From a virus (taxonomy: Duplodnaviria > Caudoviricetes): a stretch of 43,669 nucleotides of DNA. Positions 36,977 to 43,669 of this stretch are shown here, piece after piece. The stretch spans positions 1 to 43,669 of the IMG/VR virus record IMGVR_UViG_3300037483_000168. The stretch is one strand, 5' to 3'. Under the pieces are notes generated by a model that was not told the origin of the DNA, did no database searches, and saw only the letters and a program-made list of their open reading frames with translations. Both the position numbers and the translations under genes were made by a program. Each line of letters starts with the position of its first letter. Positions within the stretch are counted from its first letter, which is position 1.

Positions 36977-36990
36977 GTAAGTGTAGTTTT

Positions 36991-37020
36991 AAAAGGGGAG
37001 GATGATACCAGAGCCTCCCC
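36991..37020 (-). terminator. Intrinsic terminator
   Basis: Stem GGGGAGG/CCTCCCC followed by UUUU on the - strand. Confidence 0.55.
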
Positions 37021-37041
37021 GGATGGGCACCGTTAAATATT

Positions 37042-37305
37042 TTAATGCTTATAGTTCATGACGTACTCTTTGGCTTTCTCTTTTGAGACTAGTACACCAT
37101 CCCAATCAAGGTAAATCGTATCGCCGTCACATTTATCGATTAGTTCGCAGATGATTTCTTTTTGCCTTGGCGTATCTTTTTGGGCCATAGCACTGAATGA
37201 CGAACCAATAGTAGCGTACTCACCCATCAATTTCCTGCATTCATCGGAGGTGAAATGCCAACTTTTAAGCGTCCCCCATTTTAAAGTCAATCGGTTATCT
37301 GTCAT
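37042..37305 (-). CDS. Hypothetical phage protein
   Basis: Likely start MTDNRLTLKWGTLKSW at 37305, just after the upstream stop at 37310. Confidence 0.6.
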   Translation of the reverse strand: MTDNRLTLKWGTLKSWHFTSDECRKLMGEYATIGSSFSAMAQKDTPRQKEIICELIDKCDGDTIYLDWDGVLVSKEKAKEYVMNYKH

Positions 37306-37309
37306 AAAA

Positions 37310-37600
37310 TTATTTCGTTTCTTCGTTAATTTCCTTCGCTGTTTTATCTGCCCAGGCTTCGGAGTCTCTGTCCTGCACTTCTTTGGCGGCAGCTTCAAAG
37401 AGCAACGACCACGCACAAAGAGAGGTATAGGCTTCTGGCATGCGTTCTCGCTGATCGTATATTCTATCAGCTTCATTCTTGAAAGCTATCTGCGCGCACA
37501 GTAAATCACTGAACGAGTGATCCAGCAGGTTGTAGAGGCTGACCGTGGGCCTCTCCTCTACCGTCTCCGGCTTCTCGAACTTGTATTCTCCGCTGTTCAT
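37310..37600 (-). CDS. Hypothetical protein
   Basis: ATGA-coupled. Confidence 0.5.
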   Translation of the reverse strand: MNSGEYKFEKPETVEERPTVSLYNLLDHSFSDLLCAQIAFKNEADRIYDQRERMPEAYTSLCAWSLLFEAAAKEVQDRDSEAWADKTAKEINEETK

Positions 37601-37929
37601 AGTGTTGCTTTTTTGATGGCCTCTAATGCATTGGCTATTGCTAATTCAGTGAAAGAAACCATTGCGTTATCACTGGAGTGCATTGCTAACTGACCCGCAG
37701 CCACAATATCCTGCAATGACTTTAGCAGATCAGGGGCCGCCGCTATCAAATTAGCAGTGGCAATTACCTCCTGATTTATTTTCGATATATCCTCCTCGTC
37801 GATGCAGCTCATATCATTTGTTCCCCTCACAGTACAAATAGGGAAGCCTTGATGCTCGATTAAAATATCCTCTTCGCCATCAATGGCGCATGCTTCTGAA
37901 AGTGTCCATGGTGCTGGTGTGTGCTTCAT
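37597..37929 (-). CDS. Phage early protein (KHTPxPW...ANLIAAAPDLL family)
   Basis: Recognisable motif pair. Confidence 0.7.
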   Translation of the reverse strand: MKHTPAPWTLSEACAIDGEEDILIEHQGFPICTVRGTNDMSCIDEEDISKINQEVIATANLIAAAPDLLKSLQDIVAAGQLAMHSSDNAMVSFTELAIANALEAIKKATL

Positions 37930-38195
37930 AATATCTTAAATTCAGTGTCCGAGATAAAAATCAAATTGGTTCCTGAGAATCGCTCGTCAACGTGGGCGAG
38001 TTCGGTTAGGTAAAGCTGCTCGATCCTCTTGCCGTCGGTTTCTTTGTCGAATAGACAGGGATGGAATTCACCCGTGGCATCAGTCAGCGCGCCATCATTG
38101 CCATAGATGTATAACTTTTTCAATTCCAGGCTGTACGAAGCGAACCAGTCTTCTAGGGTCTCTTCGATGTTTGGGATGAGGGTTAGAGTTTTCAT
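37926..38195 (-). CDS. Hypothetical acidic protein
   Basis: ATGA-coupled. Confidence 0.5.
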   Translation of the reverse strand: MKTLTLIPNIEETLEDWFASYSLELKKLYIYGNDGALTDATGEFHPCLFDKETDGKRIEQLYLTELAHVDERFSGTNLIFISDTEFKIL

Positions 38196-38443
38196 AGCTC
38201 ATTGTTCATTGCGGCCATTAATAACAATACATTTTTTCGGAAGTCGTTGAATTCTCCCCCATTGACCACCCCACCATAAACCAAAATGGTTTGACGATTC
38301 TTCTTCCTTGGAGGGCGTAAAAAGAGCAAACATTCTCTTATCATTACTATCGAATTCCGGAACCTCAGCACACAAGCCATAGCCCCTTGGCAGTCGGCCG
38401 AACGCAGATAGCTTCTCATACAGCGGCAGATACTTTTTCTTTT

Positions 38444-38620
38444 TCATTTCACTGGTTTTAAAAATCTGAAATCGTTCCGCTGATAAGCTCTTTTTTCCGA
38501 TACGCCTTTGAAGGTAACCACATAAGTGTAGAGGCTGTGCTGATCTACCCGCTCAGCTACATATCCGATCTTACCTTTGTAGAGATCGTGCGGGTGGGTT
38601 ATTCGAACGCGGTCGGTCAT
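38444..38620 (-). CDS. Small SH3/KOW-like protein, not in ORF track
   Basis: MTDRVRITHPHDLYKGKIGYVAERV...; ATGA overlaps on both sides. Confidence 0.55.
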   Translation of the reverse strand: MTDRVRITHPHDLYKGKIGYVAERVDQHSLYTYVVTFKGVSEKRAYQRNDFRFLKPVK

Positions 38621-38829
38621 GAGTGAGTATATTTAATGAACCGATATTCAGGCAGGATCACTTTTTGCAGGATTGCATGAAATTTAAAATGGATCTCATA
38701 ATATATCCGGTCATGTTTTACGATGACATCTATAATTCTGGCGGGTGTCTTATCTTCGGGGTGCGCGGCCTCTAAAACCAGGTCGCCTACTTTGAAGATT
38801 GGGGCGGTGTGGTTCGTTGTTGTTATCAT
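38617..38829 (-). CDS. Small SH3-like hypothetical protein, first gene of the leftward arm
   Basis: FKVGDLV...ARIIDV......YEIHF. Confidence 0.55.
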   Translation of the reverse strand: MITTTNHTAPIFKVGDLVLEAAHPEDKTPARIIDVIVKHDRIYYEIHFKFHAILQKVILPEYRFIKYTHS

Positions 38830-38906
38830 GGTGTAAAGTAAGTAAATAAATTAATAGGTTGTATGCGCTATCGTAAAAATATTTCATCTTTTTATTTAAT
38901 TATTTA

Positions 38907-38939
38907 TTTGGTTGTTTCGGTTTATTTTATATAACTTTG
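38907..38939 (+). promoter_or_regulatory. Bacteroidota sigma-A promoter in the AT-rich divergent control region
   Basis: TTTG (38907-38910), N21, TAACTTTG (38932-38939); ATG at 38948. Confidence 0.75.
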
Positions 38940-38947
38940 CCATCACT

Positions 38948-39124
38948 ATGGCAGGAAGACCACCCAAACATGATTTTAACCTCCTTGAAATAGGACAGAG
39001 GACTCCACTGAAGGGGAAAGCAAAATTATACCCCTCTCAATATATCAATCAGTTCAATAAAACCGGTAAAAAACTTAAACTGATACGCGAAGATGGAAAA
39101 ATATTTGTGGAGCGAATTAAATAG
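38948..39124 (+). CDS. Small putative DNA-binding protein
   Basis: MAGRPPKHDF..LEIG...V.RIK; first gene after the promoter. Confidence 0.6.
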   Translation: MAGRPPKHDFNLLEIGQRTPLKGKAKLYPSQYINQFNKTGKKLKLIREDGKIFVERIK

Positions 39125-39761
39125 AACCGGCATTTATTTTATTATAAATGAGGGAGTAATTGTTTACATCGGGAAGACTACTAGGTATCCGATGAGAATA
39201 AAATATCACGTTGGGCAAGGTATGGATTTTGACTCTGTTCGATTTATGGAGTGCTCCAAAGAGGTGCTAAGAAATTATGAAAAACGATGGATTGAGAAGT
39301 TCCGGCCAATTCATAATTCCACCTATAAAAAGGAGAGAAAAAACGCTTTACCAAAATTCATTTCAAAGGGCTATAAAAAACATTACTTTATGAAATTCAG
39401 GAAGCTTACAAAAAAGTCCAGAATTGGATTTGGTACCTATAAAGACTCCACGGTGGAGAGAATGTTTGTTTTAGGGAAAACAGTCGACCTCATCCAGATG
39501 TATTACAACTTATCACACATTACATTTTTTGATGAAATTCTCGCAGAACTTAAGATTACACCGGAATGGGCAATTCAAAAACCTGGTGCGGATAGAGATA
39601 AGGGCAGAGAATTCACCCACATGTTTTATAATTCCCAAATGATTGACAGGAGGGAGAGGAAGGAGAAAAAGATTTTTCAAGACAGCAAACAATCGTTGCA
39701 GCAAATTGCAATTAAAGCAAACAGTAGATCGTATCATCAAAATAAAAATCAAGGACATTAA
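39093..39761 (+). CDS. GIY-YIG domain protein
   Basis: TGIYFI....VIVYIGKT...RI..H...E...I.KF.P.HN, followed by an unrelated C-terminal half. Confidence 0.7.
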   Translation: MEKYLWSELNRTGIYFIINEGVIVYIGKTTRYPMRIKYHVGQGMDFDSVRFMECSKEVLRNYEKRWIEKFRPIHNSTYKKERKNALPKFISKGYKKHYFMKFRKLTKKSRIGFGTYKDSTVERMFVLGKTVDLIQMYYNLSHITFFDEILAELKITPEWAIQKPGADRDKGREFTHMFYNSQMIDRRERKEKKIFQDSKQSLQQIAIKANSRSYHQNKNQGH

Positions 39762-39766
39762 ACAAT

Positions 39767-40030
39767 ATGGTCCACACACTTAAAACCTGGCCGGTCTTCT
39801 TCAAGGCTGTAGAAGATGGAATAAAGCCCTTCGATCTTCGTAAGGCTGACCGCTTATACGCCTCAGGTGACACCCTTGTACTTCAGGAGTACGAACCTGA
39901 AGGAATAAGCTATACTGGTAAAGAGATCACCTTTTTTATAAGTTACATCCTGCGTGACACCGACTTTCCTGCCGCGATCAAGAAAGGCTACTGCATTTTG
40001 GGATTGAAAAAGGAAGAAAAGTTTGTATGA
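39767..40030 (+). CDS. DUF3850 (ASCH/PUA-like) protein
   Basis: HTLKTWP.FF.AV.DG.K.F.LRK.DR....GD.L.LQEY. Confidence 0.85.
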   Translation: MVHTLKTWPVFFKAVEDGIKPFDLRKADRLYASGDTLVLQEYEPEGISYTGKEITFFISYILRDTDFPAAIKKGYCILGLKKEEKFV

Positions 40031-40048
40031 CCTGCTCCTGCGGAAGCG

Positions 40049-40345
40049 ATGAGAATGCAAAAGCACACGAAAAACTATTACAACTCTTTAGCGCTGGATT
40101 CGAGTGATCATCTCTATTGCGAGTATCCGGCGTGCTGGGCGCTTGCAATAGATATTCATCACATAGAGCCCCGTAGTAAGTTTGGGAGCAAAATGAAGGC
40201 AGCACAGGACGCCCCGGAGAACCTTATCGCTTTATGCCGAAAGCATCACGATGAAGCACACGGGCCTAAATCAAGGGAAATAAAAGAGCAATTGAAGAAG
40301 ATTGCGAATATCAGGATAAAAAACCGCGAATCGACCGGCGTTTAA
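40049..40345 (+). CDS. Small HNH endonuclease
   Basis: CE..AC...A.DIHHI.PRS..G......ENLIALCRKHH..AH. Confidence 0.85.
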   Translation: MRMQKHTKNYYNSLALDSSDHLYCEYPACWALAIDIHHIEPRSKFGSKMKAAQDAPENLIALCRKHHDEAHGPKSREIKEQLKKIANIRIKNRESTGV

Positions 40346-40686
40346 CGGGTCGAAAAATAGGGCTTTACTGTTTAGTGTTTAGTAATGTTATGGATTAAGT
40401 CGGGAGGTAGACGGCCTCCCGCAAGGCATTAAGAAGCTGCCGGTCTTGACCTGTCCTTAGCCGGGAAATGGAGCAATCCAGCGCTAAAATTAAGGCGGTG
40501 ACAAGCGGGGAGAGACCCGCCCAGTATTGAAAGGATGCGAACTCAAAATTCGTAACAGTGAGAGTAGAAACCACGATAGCCCTATTACCTGTTAAGTCAG
40601 GCGCTGGAGGGGATAAACTGGTAGCAATGTTTCTACGTGTCAGTGCCCAGGCCTGGGTATCGTGAGGGCGATCCCGGCCTGTTTTT
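40335..40686 (+). ncRNA. Candidate large structured ncRNA of unknown family
   Basis: Several long-range helices, a GNRA hairpin, a loop-loop pseudoknot and a terminator-like 3' hairpin (see findings). Confidence 0.65.
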
Positions 40687-40732
40687 AAAATGAAACTAAA
40701 AGCAGTGACCGGCTAAGCGGTCAGCATACACA

Positions 40733-41017
40733 ATGAAAAAGCTATTGTTCTTAGCTTCATTCGTGTTCGAAAACACGGAAGGCGAATTCAGAGATCATCA
40801 ACTCGTGCTCGTTACGGATCGAGATGTTGAGGCAGTCTTACAAAGGCAACAGGACATCAACCCCGAGAATGTCCGATCTTACGATCATCGAGACGCGGCT
40901 TATCACCTGGCAGAGACATGGTTCAAGGAGACTTACACCGATTCGAAACTGACTCACCTTATTGTAAACAAGCCAATTCAGTCAGCGGAGCCAAACAGCG
41001 ATCCTAAACCTCAGTAA
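40733..41017 (+). CDS. Hypothetical protein
   Basis: Clean ORF. Confidence 0.55.
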   Translation: MKKLLFLASFVFENTEGEFRDHQLVLVTDRDVEAVLQRQQDINPENVRSYDHRDAAYHLAETWFKETYTDSKLTHLIVNKPIQSAEPNSDPKPQ

Positions 41018-41085
41018 CAAATCAGGCATAGCAAAAAAGAGCTGGGTAACATCCGGATGAGCTGTGTCTTTTAAAACGAAAAACT

Positions 41086-41232
41086 ATGAGCAAGCAGTTC
41101 AAGCCACCGATCGGTAAGAAACGAAACGCGTTGATAAAGAAGGCTATGGAATATTCAAAAAAGGACTTAGCGATATTGTATGTTGATTTAAAATGGTGCT
41201 TCGATTTGATCACAAAAGAATATAAAAAATGA
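41086..41232 (+). CDS. Small hypothetical protein (MSKQFKPPIG...), not in ORF track
   Basis: A-rich leader; ATGA overlap with the next gene. Confidence 0.5.
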   Translation: MSKQFKPPIGKKRNALIKKAMEYSKKDLAILYVDLKWCFDLITKEYKK

Positions 41233-42143
41233 GTCTACAACTATTCCTCGACGGCAATACCTGGAAGGGCGGAGAGTTCCCGGAAGAACCAAACGAAAAA
41301 ACATATTCTGGCGATCAATGGAAGGAACACCAGGCTAAAATCGAATATGGAGCCGCCGTTGAGAAAGGCAAAACCGAAGCCCTGGAGGTGGTGAACCCGG
41401 AAATGCTTAGCCCAAAGATCTTTAAATTTTCAGGCGGTTATGCAATACAAAACGGAATACTTGAATCTACAAAGGTTGTATACGGCGTTCTCTACCACTG
41501 GGATGGAGGATGGGAGATCGAGAATATTTGTTCGAAAGGAAGTTGTGCAACAAGTAATTCATGTTATGCTGAAGGGCTGTCGTTTGAAAAATGTGCAGCA
41601 CGCAAAGTCCTCCGTCTTATCCCCAAGGCTCCGGTAAGCGAACCAGATCCATCACAAACAGTTGAAAACTTTCATAAGTGCATCGTAGCCACAGGAATAC
41701 CGGAACCGCTGATACCGGGAGCGAACTGGATCAATCCGCATACGGAATTCGGAGCAGGTGAGCACGGCGAGATGCTACCTACAAACAAAAAAATCGGTAT
41801 TATGAAATGTGCCGAATGGCTTTCCTTTTGCCTGAGCATAGGATGGGGAAAGGATCAGCTTGATGGGTTAGAAAAGATATGGCATCAGCATCACGATGAA
41901 GCCGGTAATCTCGTAAAACCCGCCCTCGTTAATGACGCTGGCGGAGGGAGGGAATGGATAAGCGTAAAGGATCGAATTCCGGATAATTACAATCTGGTGC
42001 TTATCTGTATGACCAGTGGAGCGATAACCGTTGGGCGTAGGTTACGAACCAACAAGTGGGGCATCTTTACATCATCAGGACTTGATATTGAAAGTCAATC
42101 AAATCATGTTGATTACTGGCAACTATTACCCACAAAGCCATGA
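41229..42143 (+). CDS. Mosaic hypothetical protein with a C-terminal DUF551-like domain
   Basis: EWISVKDRIP...VDYWQLLPTKP. Confidence 0.65.
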   Translation: MSLQLFLDGNTWKGGEFPEEPNEKTYSGDQWKEHQAKIEYGAAVEKGKTEALEVVNPEMLSPKIFKFSGGYAIQNGILESTKVVYGVLYHWDGGWEIENICSKGSCATSNSCYAEGLSFEKCAARKVLRLIPKAPVSEPDPSQTVENFHKCIVATGIPEPLIPGANWINPHTEFGAGEHGEMLPTNKKIGIMKCAEWLSFCLSIGWGKDQLDGLEKIWHQHHDEAGNLVKPALVNDAGGGREWISVKDRIPDNYNLVLICMTSGAITVGRRLRTNKWGIFTSSGLDIESQSNHVDYWQLLPTKP

Positions 42144-42472
42144 CCCCTGATCAACTGAAGAAGTACGAAGAGGCCGCGAAGAAGAGCCAAAGTAAGTTAA
42201 TGAACGATCACGAGGACGTGGATTACGAGACTGGTTTTGTGAACGGAGCCACCTTCGCCCACAATGAGCAGCAAATCCAGCTCAGCAACTACGCTTATCA
42301 GATGGACCGCGCTAAACAGGAAAGAGATAAGGCTGAGGCTGAGAACGAGAAGCTGCGGGAGGCACTGACCGAGGCCATCACCTACATTTCATCCCATCCC
42401 GCGGAACGAATTATTACTATAGGCGAACAGATAGTGAAAACAGCTCGGAAACTAATTGAACCAGGAGAATGA
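42140..42472 (+). CDS. Coiled-coil hypothetical protein
   Basis: ERDKAEAENEKLREAL. Confidence 0.6.
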   Translation: MTPDQLKKYEEAAKKSQSKLMNDHEDVDYETGFVNGATFAHNEQQIQLSNYAYQMDRAKQERDKAEAENEKLREALTEAITYISSHPAERIITIGEQIVKTARKLIEPGE

Positions 42473-42627
42473 ACAAACTCGAAACCGAAGTATTCAGGCT
42501 GAAAATTGAGCTACGAGAAGCGCAAAAAACGCAGCAGGCTATGGCTGAAGCAATACTGAAAATCTCAGAAAACATGCTCTCCCTGAAAAAGAACGTAGAC
42601 TACCTGGTGGGGATCAGTAAGGTATGA
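42469..42627 (+). CDS. Small coiled-coil protein, not in ORF track
   Basis: MNKLETEVFRLKIELREAQK...; ATGA-coupled. Confidence 0.45.
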   Translation: MNKLETEVFRLKIELREAQKTQQAMAEAILKISENMLSLKKNVDYLVGISKV

Positions 42628-43004
42628 AACACAAGATAAATGATCGATATCGTTGTCTTATTAAGACCAAAGACAATATTATCACCATAACTGTACAGGA
42701 ACGATACTGGTTTATTCTATATAGAAAAAATAGATTACCAATATATTGAGATAACCCCTGATTATCCAGGAGACAAACATGCAACAATAAAATACCCATT
42801 TTACCCAAATGTATACCCTCAACTGCTTTCGACGATTTCAAATATGCATGGTTATTATGATCACGAATTATGGCCTATCGGAAACATTCAGCCTAACTGA
42901 ACGACTTAAAAAAATCCATAACAAACTCTTAAGAGAAGATGAAGCGATGCGAATCTGCGCCAACGATTTACACCAAATGATAAGCAAAACAAAAATTAGT
43001 ATAA

Positions 43005-43298
43005 ATGCCAACCCTGAACCGAAGGAATGAAGAGAAGAACCCAGACCGTAACCCCTTCCGTGCTATATACCAGTCTCACCGCTGGCATGAGTACAGCAGG
43101 CAATTTCTTAAAGCCAACAGACTATGCGTGGTATGCCTAAAAGAAGGAGCAACAACACCGTCCAGAGTAACAGATCATATCCTACCTATGACCCAAGGAG
43201 GAGCTATTTGGGATCCGGCCAACCATCAACCATTATGTATCAGGCACCACAACCAGAAGACTAAGGAGGAAAGGAAATGGCAAGTGACAAAGAAGTAA
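43005..43298 (+). CDS. Terminase-associated HNH endonuclease (HK97 gp74-like)
   Basis: Y.S.RW....FL..N.LCVVC...G...VTDHI.P...GG..WD..N.QPLC..HH..KT; lies upstream of terS if the ends join. Confidence 0.88.
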   Translation: MPTLNRRNEEKNPDRNPFRAIYQSHRWHEYSRQFLKANRLCVVCLKEGATTPSRVTDHILPMTQGGAIWDPANHQPLCIRHHNQKTKEERKWQVTKK

Positions 43299-43657
43299 AA
43301 GCCCCAACACCATGCACCTGTGGTCAGCCAATTGATGGCGCAAGCGGCCGGTGCAGGTACTGTATGGCGCACTATATGAGGCATCGGTACGCAAACAACA
43401 CTATCGAGAGAAGAAAGCAATCAGCGCGTATAGCAGCTTATAAGCGCCTTGAACAGGGGATTATAATCAAAGAACCATGTAAACTATGTGGTTGTGTTGA
43501 TGTAGAGATGCATCACCCTGATTACAACAAGCCCAATGACGTGGTTTGGTTATGCGGACCATGTCATGATGAGATGCATGTGCTTGAACGAAAGGTGTTC
43601 CAAAATAGGTTAATTTGTCCCAATATGGGCAGGGGTGGTCAAATCACTGGGTTATGA
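43277..43657 (+). CDS. Zn-finger/HNH-like protein
   Basis: PCKLCG....MHHPDYNKP.DVVWLC..CH...H. Confidence 0.75.
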   Translation: MASDKEVKAPTPCTCGQPIDGASGRCRYCMAHYMRHRYANNTIERRKQSARIAAYKRLEQGIIIKEPCKLCGCVDVEMHHPDYNKPNDVVWLCGPCHDEMHVLERKVFQNRLICPNMGRGGQITGL

Positions 43658-43669
43658 AACACCCGAAAC

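Noticed and set aside
40335-40686. tRNA, tmRNA, RNase P or group II intron identity for the structured region
   Set aside because: No T-loop/CCA end, no GAGGAAAGUCC, and no domain V motif recognised by eye.
1-43669. Alternative genetic code
   Set aside because: Core genes are intact and tightly packed under the standard bacterial code.

Overview
The window looks like a complete or near-complete ~43.7 kb siphovirus-type phage genome that starts at the packaging genes. The host is probably Bacteroidota: there are TTTG-N20/21-TAnnTTTG promoters, A-rich starts without a Shine-Dalgarno sequence, and a signal peptide ending AFA|Q. Layout: (1) + strand 59-25326 is the late region, with TerS/TerL, an HK97-type portal-protease-capsid, neck, tail tube, a frameshifted chaperone pair, tape measure, a large hub protein, fibre/esterase genes and an amidase endolysin. 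(2) - strand 25600-38830 is the early/replication arm, with a replication initiator, a Dam-like MTase, a RecT-like annealase plus exonuclease, homing endonucleases and a u-spanin-like gene. (3) + strand 38948-43657 holds small genes and HNH proteins. I saw no integrase, tRNA, CRISPR array or reverse transcriptase. Most notable observations: (a) a six-gene glycosyltransferase/methyltransferase block between terL and portal, plus another GT in the neck module, suggesting virion glycosylation; (b) a ~350-nt densely paired, pseudoknotted non-coding region overlapping the end of a small HNH gene; (c) a tail-fibre-like protein with a Sec signal peptide; (d) a shared EFTTEF C-terminal motif on two structural proteins, one copy behind a slippery site; (e) a GIY-YIG gene flanked by an original and a recoded copy of its host gene's N-terminus; (f) two tandem promoter-sRNA-terminator units. 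All calls come from motif reading by eye; no database searches or folding programs were run.
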